A stretch of 64,000 nt of DNA from Paraphysomonas bandaiensis (taxonomy: Eukaryota > Protista > Chrysophyceae): contig CBFFRP010000616.1 of assembly GCA_965644295.1 (NCBI GenBank), positions 62,001 to 126,000 on the forward strand, read 5' to 3'. The notes under the pieces were generated by a model. It was not told where the DNA came from. It made no database searches and was given only the letters and a program-made list of their open reading frames with translations. Position numbers and translations under genes: made by a program. Shown one piece after another: positions 53,401 through 64,000 of this stretch (its first letter is position 1; each line of letters starts with the position of its first letter).

Positions 53401-56400
53401 TGAAGTTTCTGGTTCTGTTGTTGTGGCTTCGGGGTCTTCTGATGCTTCTGCTGGTGATGTAAGAATTTTTGTTGGAAAGAGTGGTCAGGCGAGTTTTGGA
53501 GGAGATGTTAGTATGACGTCTGGTTTTGGCACTCTGAGTGGAGGCAATGTTGGGATCAGTGGTGGAGAATCAACAGGAGGTGATGGTGGCTCGGTGTCTG
53601 TACAGAGTGGTCAGAGTTCATCCGGATCAAGTGGTGATATTGCGGTGGCTTCATCTGATGTTGCTGGCATTAGTGGGTCAGTGCAAATTGCGAGCGGGAC
53701 TTCGAGATTCGACACTGGCAAGGTAGCGATTAGCAGCGGAGAGAGTGAAATGGGTACAGCTGGTAACGTGCTTCTTCATGGTGGGTCAAGTGGAGATGTT
53801 ACTGGCGCGGATGTTTCTGTTCGAGGTGGTGACTCCTTGGCTGTTGACGGTTCTGGAGGAAGAGTATCTATCAGTGGGGGCTCAGGTGCTACTGGTGCTG
53901 ATGTTCATTTGAGTAGTGGTGCTGGTACTACTGGATCTGCGGGTTCTTTAATATTAGGGGTTGGTGAAGGATCAGGTATTTCTGCTGGAGGTTCAGTGAT
54001 GATTGATGCTGGTTTGTCCACGGGGGGTGGAGATGGTGGTGCCATGTCGCTGCGAGGCGGTGCTGGTCATGTGGGTTCATCATCAGGGGGTAGTGTTTCG
54101 ATAGAAGGTGGAGTATCTGGGTCAGGTACAGGTGGTTCGGTATCAGTATCGAGTGGTGCTAGTGCATCTGGGTCATCTGGTTCTTTGTTAGTTTCGTCTG
54201 GTCGTTCAATGTCTGAGACTGGTAATGTTGTCTTGTCATCTGGGAACTCTGCTAGTAGAGCAGGCGATGTGTTGGTCTCAGTGGGAGAGAGCTTTCAACG
54301 TGCAGGCAAGTTGATGTTGTCTGGTGGTGCTGGTAGTGTAGGTGGTGACGTAGTTGTACATGCTGGCTCTGGTTCATCTTCTCGAGGCGGTTCATTATAT
54401 CTTCTAAGTGGTGCTACTTCAGCATCTGATAGCAGTGGGTCATTAACGATGGGATCAGAATCATCATCCGCCTCAGGGCCTGTATTATTGGGATCTGGTA
54501 CATCAGCACTTCGCTCTGGCGAGTTGGAATTGAGAAGTGGTGACAGCGATTCTGCTAGTGCTGGTAGCGTACTTCTTCATGGTGGATCAAGTGGAGGTGT
54601 TACTGGCGCGGATGTTTCTGTTCGAGGCGGTGACTCCTTGGCTGTTGACGGTTCTGGAGGAAGAGTATCTATCAGTGGGGGCTCAGGTGCTACTGGTGCT
54701 GATGTTCATTTGAGTAGTGGTGCTGGTACTACTGGATCTGCGGGTTCTTTAATATTAGGGGTTGGTGAAGGATCAGGTATTTCTGCTGGAGGTTCAGTGA
54801 TGATTGATGCTGGTTTGTCCACGGGGGGTGGAGATGGTGGTGCCATGTCGCTGCGAGGCGGTGCTGGTCATGTGGGTTCATCATCAGGGGGTAGTGTTTC
54901 GATAGAAGGTGGAGTATCTGGGTCAGGTACAGGTGGTTCGGTATCAGTATCGAGTGGTGCTAGTGCATCTGGGTCATCTGGTTCTTTGTTAGTTTCGTCT
55001 GGTAGGTCGGTGCTTGAATCAGGTATTGTTGGTGTTGGCAGCGGTGGTTCTTTGGATGGCAGTTCAGGTATTTTGTTATTATCCACCGGTAGCTCTGATC
55101 ATGCCTCTGGGGGTGATATATTTTTGACTGGTGGTAGTGGGTCGTTGTCTGGCGGTTCGTTGCTTTCATCAGCAGGAAGTGGTCTCTCTGGTGGGTCTAT
55201 TTCTCTAAGTTCTGGTAGCAGTGTTCATGAGAGTGGGGGGCATGTTGATATTCTCTCCGGTCAATCGTCTTCTCATTCATCAGGCAGGGTGTTATTGTCC
55301 TCCTCTGCTGGTAGTAATTCTGGATCTCTTGAATTATCTACTGGATTCGCACAACTTCAATCAGGTGATATAGGAATTATCACTGGTGATAGCGAATCAT
55401 CTGGATCTATTGAGATTTTGACTGGTTCTAGTTCAATGTCAGATGGTTCTTCGGTTGCAATTATATCAGGTCAATCGCTATCAACTTCTGGAAAAAGTGG
55501 TGATGTTAATGTTAGAGCGAATAGTGGTTTTACTGGTGGAAATGTTGCCGTGTTGAGTGGCGCTGGAAGTGGCGGTAGCGGTGGTGCAGTAAATATTCGC
55601 GCTGGAGAAGGAGAATATTTTGGTGGTTCTCTTGTCGCTGCATCTGGTGATTCCTCTCATGGGAATGGGGGGTCGTTGGCACTATTTGCAGGAAATTCAA
55701 ATGAAAATGGTGGCCATGCAACTGTGGAAGCTGGGAATGCCGTTTCGTCAACAGGTGGTAGGGTTGCTCTTTCAAGTGGTGAGAGTGCTGAACAGACCAG
55801 TGGTTCTACAGCATTGTCAACTGGGAAAGGTCACTTGAATTCTGGGACTGTTAGTGTTATTTCTGGTGACTCCATAGTTGGTAGCTCTGGTGCAGTGGTG
55901 CTGGCTTCAGGTCAGAGTGAAGAAGGCTCGACAGGTGACATTTTACTGTCGACATCGTTTAGTCGAGGTACTGCATCCAAGGGCGGGAACATAGTGGTGG
56001 TAGCTGGCTCTGCTGATGTAGGTGGGGAGATATCACTATCTGGTGGTTTATCAAAAGTCGGAACGGGTGGAACTGTTGAAATTAATGCTGGTGCAAGTGA
56101 GAATTCTGCTTCGCGTGGTGGTCACGTTCACCTTGGGACTAGCGGTGGCGTTGGCTCAACTGGTAATTTGTTGATGTCGACTGGAGAGTCAAGTATGTCT
56201 TCCGGTGCATTACACCTTCGTAGTGGAAATTCAGAATTATCAGCAGGTGGGGTTGAAATTCTTGCAGGAACCTCCGCTGATACTGCGGGTGCTGACGTTT
56301 TATTTCGTGGTGGTGATTCGAAGGGTTTAACTGGAGGAGCTGTATTAGTTAGTGGTGGTGCAGGTTCGACTGGCGGTAACGTGTTGGTTACCGCTGGTAA

Positions 56401-59400
56401 CGGTGCTGTGAATTCAGGCGGTGTGGTTGATATTCTTGGTGGCGATGGTTCTGGTTTTGATGGTGGTTCTATTTCGTTGAGTAGTGGAGCATCAGATTCA
56501 GCTGGTGCCGGATCTCTTCGATTTTCTAGCGGCTCAGGAATGGAATCATCGGGGACTGTACATCTTATGTCAGGTTTAACTCGTCGGGGTACTACTGGTT
56601 CTGTGTATATTACCACCTCTGAAGGAAATGGAGCAGCTACCGGAGAAGTAAGTTTGCTGAGTGGAAGTTCAGATATGTCTACTGGAGATGTTACTATCAA
56701 AACTGGTGATTCCGGTAATGAAGCTGGTGAAATTGCACTATACGCCGGAGCATCTGATAATTCACGGGGCGGAGACGTTTCCCTCTACTCGGGTACTGGG
56801 GCCACTGGCGGTGACATAGCGCTATCTGCAGGATCAGGGGCGAAGAATACCGGTGGTTCACTCTCCATGCTTTCGGGAAGTGCGCTTGATGTATATTCTA
56901 TGGGCGGGCATGTTGTCATGGGCTCACCAAATTCACCTGGTTTTTCTGGGAATTTGGACTTAAGCACAGGCCGTTCTGAGTCCAGTTCAACAGGAGGTGT
57001 ACGAATTACAACAGGCGCTAGTGTTACAGCAAATTCTGGGGATATATCCTTCCGTGTTGGACAGTCCTCATCTCCTAGTGGTTCGTTTGTTGATATTCGT
57101 GCTGGAGATTCGACTAGTTCTGGTGGGGTTGGCGGGAGAGTCACTGTGGATGGTGGAAGTGGATCGTCTGGTGGTGGCCTTTACTTTAGTGGTGGTATTG
57201 GATCTAATGGTGTTGGAGGAGATGCTGTGTTTGTCGCTGGTGAAGGTCGTGGCAGTGGTGGCTCTTCTGTGCTGAAGGGAGGTTCATCTATTACAGCTAG
57301 TGGTGGCGCAGTAGATATATCTGGTGGTGATAGTATGCTAAGTGGGGGAAGTATTCTTATTACGAGTGGCGCGAGTGCACGGGGTAGTGGTTCGGCTATT
57401 ATATCTACTGCCGCGACTGATTTACAGTCTGGAGATGTTGTTGTTGAGTCTGGTATGACTGGTAGTGGAATAAGTGGGGGCATCGTGTTGTCGACAGGAT
57501 CTTCAACTGATAGTAGCACTGGTGGCATTTCTCTAGTTCCAGGCGATGCGTCTCAACATGGTACAGGAGGAGGAGTCGATGTGAGTGCTGGTTACGGTGC
57601 TGTGGGTGGAGACGTAAACGTGCGTGGCGGGAACAGTATTAGTGGAAATGGCGGATCCTTCACGGTATATACTGGAACATCTAGCGTAAATTCATCTGGT
57701 GTACTTACAATGTCATCGGCTTCAGCAGTCGGTGACTCGGGGAAAGCTATTTTCTCAACTGGAGAATCAGATAGCAGCACAGGTGGATTGATATTGTCAA
57801 CAGGAAACAGCGCTACCTCAACTGCAGGGGAGTTCAAAATTCGTGGTGGATCAAGTGGAGGTGTTACTGGCGCGGATGTTTCTGTTCGAGGTGGTGACTC
57901 CTTGGCTGTTGACGGTTCTGGAGGAAGAGTATCTATCAGTGGGGGCTCAGGTGCTACTGGTGCTGATGTTCATTTGAGTAGTGGTGCTGGTACTACTGGA
58001 TCTGCGGGTTCTTTAATATTAGGGGTTGGTGAAGGATCAGGTATTTCTGCTGGAGGTTCAGTGATGATTGATGCTGGTTTGTCCACGGGGGGTGGAGATG
58101 GTGGTGCCATGTCGCTGCGAGGCGGTGCTGGTCATGTGGGTTCATCATCAGGGGGTGGTGTTTCGATAGAAGGTGGAGTATCTGGGTCAGGTACAGGTGG
58201 TTCGGTATCAGTATCGAGTGGTGCTAGTGCATCTGGGTCATCTGGTTCTTTGTTAGTTTCGTCTGGTCGTTCAATGTCTGAGACTGGTAATGTTGTCTTG
58301 TCATCTGGGAACTCTGCTAGTAGAGCAGGCGATGTGTTGGTCTCAGTGGGAGAGAGCTTTCAACGTGCAGGCAAGTTGATGTTGTCTGGTGGTGCTGGTA
58401 GTGTAGGTGGTGACGTAGTTGTACATGCTGGCTCTGGTTCATCTTCTCGAGGCGGTTCATTATATCTTCTAAGTGGTGCTACTTCAGCATCTGATAGCAG
58501 TGGGTCATTAACGATGGGATCAGAATCATCATCCGCCTCAGGGCCTGTATTATTGGGATCTGGTACATCAGCACTTCGCTCTGGCGAGTTGGAATTGAGA
58601 AGTGGTGACAGCGATTCTGCTAGTGCTGGTAGCGTACTTCTTCATGGTGGATCAAGTGGAGGTGTTACTGGCGCGGATGTTTCTGTTCGAGGCGGTGACT
58701 CCTTGGCTGTTGACGGTTCTGGAGGAAGAGTATCTATCAGTGGGGGCTCAGGTGCTACTGGTGCTGATGTTCATTTGAGTAGTGGTGCTGGTACTACTGG
58801 ATCTGCGGGTTCTTTAATATTAGGGGTTGGTGAAGGATCAGGTATTTCTGCTGGAGGTTCAGTGATGATTGATGCTGGTTTGTCCACGGGGGGTGGAGAT
58901 GGTGGTGCCATGTCGCTGCGAGGCGGTGCTGGTCATGTGGGTTCATCATCAGGGGGTGGTGTTTCGATAGAAGGTGGAGTATCTAGGTCAGGTACAGGTG
59001 GTTCGGTATCAGTATCGAGTGGTGCTAGTGCATCTGGGTCATCTGGTTCTTTGCTAGTTTCCTCTGCATCGTCTGGTTATTCTAGTGGTACGGTAGTTGT
59101 TTCTTCTGGTGATTCGTTTTTGGAAAATGCTGGCGATGTTGTTTTAAGTAGTGGTCGTTCTGGCCGTAGTGCAGTTTCTGGAGGGTCAGTTAGTCTAAGT
59201 AACGATGTCAGCGTAAAAGCCGGTGGCAGTGGTGATATATTGTTTTCCGGCGGGCGAGGGTATAGTGATTTACCTGGTGGTTCAATTAAGCTGCTATCTG
59301 GTGTTTCCTCTTATCGTAGTGGTGATGTTTTAATTAGTTCTGGAGCCAGCGATGAAGAATCTGGGTCTGTTGTTGTAACCAGTATGGACAGTGCAGGAGG

Positions 59401-62400
59401 TACAGCTGGAGCCGTTGAGATTCGTCCTGGGAGTTCCTCTTTTGATGGCGCGGGTATTGCGCTCAGCGGTGGGATTGTTGACGGCGCAGAGGGAAAAGGA
59501 GGAGCTGCGTTCATATCTGGTGGTGATGGTCCTCAGGGTGGTGATGTAGTAATTAGAAGTGGTGTGGGGCTTGTACCTTCATCTGGCCGAATTGATATAA
59601 GTGCTTCAGTTGGTGGAGATATTGGTATTTCTGGTGGCGCAGCGAGTGTCGGTGCAGGTGGTGGAGTGTCTATATCTGGTGGCTCTGCTGACGAATCTGC
59701 TGATGGTGGGTCTGTAGTACTCTTAGGTGGACAGTCTTCTATCGGCAGTGGAGGTGATGTTGCTATATCAAGTGGCTCTGGCATAGAGAGCGTTAGTGGT
59801 TCTGTCAACATTGGTTCGAGTGATGGATATGTGCGTAGTGGTTCAGTGGCACTAGTTAGTGGGTCTTCTCGGGATGGTGCTTCTGGCTCTATTGACGTCA
59901 GATCTGGTGATTCTGATTTCGGTTCTGGTAGTGTATCACTGCTGAGTGGTAATAGCATCTCCGGCATTGGGGGCAATGTAGTTGTGTCGGCTGGAAGTGG
60001 AGTTATTGGTGGAAGCGTACTATTTTCTGCCGGTTCTGGTGAGTCAAATGAAGGAGGAAGCTTGGTTTTCAAGAGTGGAACCTCAGATAAAGCTGAAAGT
60101 GGTGCTCTTGTATTTGCGACTGCTAATTCTGATGGTGTGAGTGGTCTGGGTTCTATAAAGACTGGAAGTAGTAGTACAGAAAGTGGTCCACTTCAGATAG
60201 GTACAGGTGTAAGTACTGCTGGCAGTGCAGGTTCGGTTGGTGTTTTTGTAGGTATCTCTGACACCGAGGGAGGTGCACTCTCACTGGAAAGTGGCGAATC
60301 CGTACGATCATACGGTGGTCGTGCTCTTCTTTCTGGTGGAAGTGGGATGTCAGGAGGTAATGTTATCGTGAGAAGCGGGAATGGAAGAGATGGATCTAAT
60401 GGATCAGTGGGTATATCAGCTGGGCCGTCATCTTCTGGTGGCATGGTCACATTGTCTGGAGGATCACGAGCAGATGCCGGTGACATTGTTATTGTTGGTG
60501 GATCGGGTGCTGATATCATTAATGGTGGTTCTATTAGTTTGACGGGCGGTCAGTCCGATGGAGGTAAAGGAGGATCAGTTCGCGTCTCTAGTGGACACTC
60601 AGCTACTTCAATGTCGAGTGATGTTTTAGTGACGTCTGGTGCTTCTTCTGTTCAATCTGGATCTATCAAAATGTCATCTAACAGCGTCATCGGAGATTCC
60701 GGAACCATATCATTGACTTCTGGAGACTCTGAAGAGACCGGCGCAGGTAATATTGAAATAGCTGTCGGGACTTCTAAACAAACTGGTGGAAAGGTACTTG
60801 TGTCATCTGGCCAGGGTTATAGTGGTGGTAACCTACATTTAAGTGGTGGGGTTGGAACCAATACCGTAGGAGGATCGCTGTCCTTCAGCAGTGGTGTTAG
60901 TCAATCTCTGTCTTCAGCAAGTGGAGACGTAGAGCTGTCTACTTCTGACAGTGTCGGTGCATCTGGAATCATGCAAATATACACTGGGACGTCATCTGGT
61001 GAGACCGGGTCGATTAATATTGCTAGTGGGAGTTCTTCTGATGCCCCAGCTGGTGGTATTTTCATCAAAGGTGGTAGTGGTGCACAATCGGGATCAGATG
61101 TAGTTCTTCATGCAGGCAGTGCATCGTCGGATGAAAGCAAAGGTGGTGGAGTGGATATAACCGCTGGTGATGGCTCGTTCGGCGGTGATGTGGTCATTGG
61201 TTCTGGTAATGGTTTCACCAGTAAATCCGGTGGTGCAATAGACATCAGATCTGGTGGTGGAGGAGTGGTAGTGAGTAGCGGAGACGCGAGCGTGGATGGT
61301 TTGACTGGCGATATTGTGGTCAGCACGGGTTCTGGTACTGCCACTGGATCTCTATCTTTGTCAACTGGGCATGGGTTTGGGACCGTTGCTGGTGGCATTG
61401 AACTAAGTGTTGGGTCCTCTGCAAGCGGTTCTGGATCGGATATATTGTTATCTGCTGGAGATTCTGAGTCAAGTGGTGGCTCTGTATCAGTAGTTGGTGG
61501 AAGTAGTGCCACTGCGTCTGGTGGTGATGTTTTGGTGACTGCCGGTTCAGGTTCAGAATCTGGTCGGGCCGTGCTTCAGACTGCAACGGGTAGTGATAAG
61601 GTAACCTTGTCTGATGGTAGGGTGGATGTGCATTCTTCCGGTGGAATATCATTAAAAGTTCCGGTTTCATCTGATGCTACTTCCACGATGATTGCTTTTG
61701 GTTACGAAGACCCATCAACAGGGAATTCCAAGTATGATCTACGATTACAGCAGTCGTCTGATTCAACTCGGTCAATCGTTGCTAGTGCTCCTCTCCAAGT
61801 GTCCAAGGTTGACTATCCGGCCGATAGTCGCATCAAACGTGATATTGACACCGTGGATACAGATTCTCTTTTGCACCGTTTGAATCAGGTCAAGATTCAG
61901 AGCTACCGCTACACCAAGGACTGGTTAGAAGCCCGTGATGACATAGAGGATATTCGTGTTCGTGGAGTCATTGCTGAGGATTTAGCGCAGGTGTTCCCTG
62001 AGCATGTTTCAGTCATCCCGGAATATAAGCTTGAGGATAGAGGTGTGAGTTTCAAGAATTTTCATCAAGTGGATAAAACATCGTTAATGATGGATATGAT
62101 TGCTGCTATGCAATCTCAGTCCCGGCGATTTTCCACGACGCCAAATTCGGATTCAGAGACTGGAGAGGTCAGAATGAGCTCCAGTTCCTGGTCGGAAGTA
62201 CATGGTGGCACGGAGGATATGTCTTCTGGAAGTGTTTTGATGACTTCTGGCGAGGCTTCTCTGGGCAAGTCTGGCAGTGTGTCGATAAACAGTGGACCTA
62301 GTGGTACTCAGGCGGGCAGTGTTCTATTAGCCCCTGGTACTAGTGGAAATGATGCAGGTGCGGATGTTTCTATTCGCGGTGGTGATTCATTGTCAAGGGT

Positions 62401-64000
62401 ATCTGTTGGCGGTGATGTGACGCTACGCAGTGGTGGTGGTGGGGCTGGGAGTGGAGATGTTTATATCTCAACTGACGAAAGCGATCAGGGCACAGGGTCA
62501 ATAGCACTGATTACTGGTGATAGCGGTGCAGATGCGGCTGGTTCAGTTTCTCTTTCTGCCGGTTCTGGTGCGTCCGAAATCGGAGCAGGAGTGTCTGTTC
62601 ACGGTGGTGACTCATTATTGTCTACTGGTACAGGTGGGTTGTTATCACTTTCAGCTGGCAATGGTGCCTTGGGTGGGGATATAACAATGGTAAGTGGTGA
62701 TGGACATACCAGTGGAGGGGGATCTGTATCTATTAGAGGTGGCAGTAGCCTTTTGTCGTCATTTGGCGGGTCCGTGAATATCGATGGTGGATCGTCTGTT
62801 GGGGGTTCTGGAGGGGACATCATTTTACGAAGTGGACGTAATAGTGGTGATGTAGCGGTTGCTTCGTTATCGATGTCAGGAAGTTCTTCTGGATTGGAGG
62901 GGGGAGCTGTACATTTAATGAGTGGTGTAAATTCCGATTTCACAAGTGGCAAATCCAGTTTTGGGACGTTGTCAACTTTTAGTGACAGTGGGTCTATTGA
63001 ATTCGCTACTGGTACTTCTCTTTCTGGACTTTCTGGATCTATTCTGTTAGCTACTGGGGCTTCTGATTCTGGTACAAGTGGTGACGTTCGCATCAATTCT
63101 GGTTCTGGTGAGTCAAGTCGCCCGGGCAGTATTACAGTGACTTCAGGTTCTGGTCAATTAGGTGGTAATGTAGCCGTTTCTGCTGGTGCCGGCTATAGTG
63201 GACCTGGGGGATCTGTATCGGCTTTGAGTGGAGGTTCTGATAGTAGTTCGTATGGTGGCGTCGCAACCTACGGTTCTGGTGAATCGATGGGATCTAGTGG
63301 ATCTGTGAGTCTTGGAAGTGGCGCTTCTGGTTCTGGTAGCTCTGGAGGGCTCATTCTATCAACTGGAGATGCGGTTTCTAGAGCTGGTGATATCACAGTG
63401 TCTGCGGGCTCTAGCACTTCATCAGAAACTGGCGCTCATGTTGTTATTCGTGGTGGTGATGTGTCTGGTCCTGGTTCTGTTGGTGGAGATGTGTCTGTAT
63501 CCAGTGGGGTTGGTTCAACTGGTGGTAGTGTGGATATTCGCAGTGCTACTGGTTATGACCTTCCCAGTGGATCGATACATATGTCTAGCTCTGATGGGTC
63601 GTTATCGATGTTTGCTGGAGGATTAGGTGATGTTGAGATAGGTTCTGGTAGTTTGCCTGGGTCTCCGGCTGGTCGGATTACTGTCGGTGGTCGTAGTGGT
63701 TCCATCGGAGGCGATGCAACTTTTTTTGCGGGAGATTCCTCAGATGAGTTTATGGGTGGGTCAGCACGTCTGACTAGTGGTTCAGGCTTGAATGGTGGCA
63801 ATCTAGTACTCTTAAGTGGTTATGGATTGTATGATGGTGGCGAAATTGATATTGCTGCTGGTAGTAGTGGAACTGGAACTGGCGGGAACGCAAAGCTTTC
63901 TGGTGGTATGAGTGCAACTGGTGATGGCGGTGCTGTTGGTATTATTGGTGGTAGTGGTGATCATAGAGGTGGCGCTGTTCGTATAGATGGTGGCACTTCT
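26398..64000 (+). CDS. Giant secreted Gly/Ser-rich fibre-like protein (>=12,470 aa, 3' end outside window): signal peptide, 2x PSI, beta-repeat segments separated by three Peptidase_S74/ICA domains
   Basis: Exons 26398-26537, 26583-26731, 26779-26943, 26994-27065 and 27117->64000 splice in frame through four 45-51-nt GT..AG introns. Exon 5 reads in frame +2 wherever I checked, through to ..HRGGAVRIDGGTS at 64000. The track lists no frame +2 ORF there, as expected if no stop occurs. Confidence 0.9.
26500..26930 (+). other. Two tandem PSI-like cysteine-rich domains (exons 1-3)
   Basis: C..RCPACTAFEKCGFCLSTLQCVEG..CPSW..ECP and HCEDYVDCGSCARMEACAWCASENLC..DC..PCP match the PSI pattern C-x5-CxxC-x4/5-CxWC-x5-C. 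Confidence 0.8.
34025..37462 (+). repeat. Intragenic tandem array of a 903-bp (301-codon) unit
   Basis: Unit starts at 34025, 34928, 35831 (partial) and 36989 (partial), with a partial copy at 36281-36988. Offsets 903, 903 and 1158 are all multiples of 3. Confidence 0.9.
39260..39568 (+). other. Peptidase_S74/ICA chaperone domain 1, catalytic dyad intact
   Basis: YS|SDRRIKRDIEDVDSDELLQRLNRVRVTSYRYKEEW..GVIAQELAEVFPEYI..KNFYQVDKMSLMMDMIAAIQ. Ser codon at 39260-39262, Lys codon at 39275-39277. Confidence 0.9.
40203..43575 (+). repeat. Intragenic ~890-bp block present twice plus a partial third copy
   Basis: About 40203-41093 repeats at +1638 (41841-42733), and part of it again at a further +840 (42938-43575). 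The duplicated shadow ORFs in the track show the same offsets. Confidence 0.88.
44150..59037 (+). repeat. Nine copies of a ~390-bp (~130-codon) intragenic module
   Basis: GGTGGATCAAGTGGAGGTGTTACTGGCGCGG...GCTAGTGCATCTGG at about 44150, 45002, 45806, 46610, 52958 (5'-short), 53780, 54581, 57845 and 58646. Confidence 0.88.
48176..48487 (+). other. Peptidase_S74/ICA chaperone domain 2, nucleophile Ser->Ala
   Basis: YP|ADSRIKRDIDTVDTDSLLHRLNQVKIQSYRYTKDW..GVIAEDLAQVFPEHV..KNFHQVDKTSLMMDMIAAMQ. GCC (Ala) at 48176-48178. Confidence 0.88.
61820..62131 (+). other. Peptidase_S74/ICA chaperone domain 3, nucleophile Ser->Ala (duplicate of domain 2)
   Basis: Same sequence as domain 2 at an offset of 13,644 bp; GCC at 61820-61822. 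Confidence 0.88.

Larger units (their letters stand above)
47507..62676 (+). repeat. 1526-bp near-identical duplication carrying the inactive S74 domain (47507-49032 = 61151-62676)
   Basis: Constant offset of 13,644 bp (a multiple of 3), with only scattered substitutions. Confidence 0.9.

Noticed and set aside
27283-63801. Dozens of Pro/Thr/Glu/Asp-rich minus-strand ORFs and short plus-strand ORFs in the track
   Set aside because: They are antisense and off-frame shadows of the Gly/Ser codons of the giant frame +2 exon, and they duplicate exactly with its DNA repeats.
27117-64000. Ice-nucleation protein, PE-PGRS, collagen or FG-nucleoporin assignment for the repeats
   Set aside because: There is no AGYGST octamer, PE domain, Gly-X-Y triplet or FG motif; the similarity is only compositional.

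Overview
Eukaryotic genomic DNA with very short (about 45-55 nt) GT-AG introns, from a compact-genome protist (plausibly a stramenopile; inference only). The left 26 kb has ordinary intron-containing genes: a PTC7-type PP2C phosphatase, a coiled-coil hypothetical protein, a double-UBZ zinc-finger protein, an FMR1/FXR-like KH-RGG protein and a NUDT15-type Nudix hydrolase. It also has an intronless orphan ORF, a TATG/TAGG microsatellite and a dense transposon nest. The nest holds a defective chromodomain-bearing Ty3/Gypsy element with identical LTRs inserted in a foldback/MITE, a 5'-truncated LINE with a 13-bp TSD whose empty site is visible in the same window, and dispersed repeats. The right 37.6 kb is ONE gene that the ORF track misses because it has no stop codon inside the window. 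Four small exons encode a signal peptide and two PSI domains. A >=36.9-kb exon in frame +2 then encodes >12,000 aa of Gly/Ser-rich beta-strand repeats, interrupted by three Peptidase_S74/ICA intramolecular chaperone domains of the kind found in phage tailspikes and MYRF. The first chaperone keeps the Ser-Lys autocleavage dyad (SDRRIK); the second and third carry Ser->Ala (ADSRIK). The best reading is a giant secreted, segmented, tail-fibre-like trimeric beta-fibre with one self-cleaving and at least two retained folding nodes, growing by in-frame DNA module duplication.
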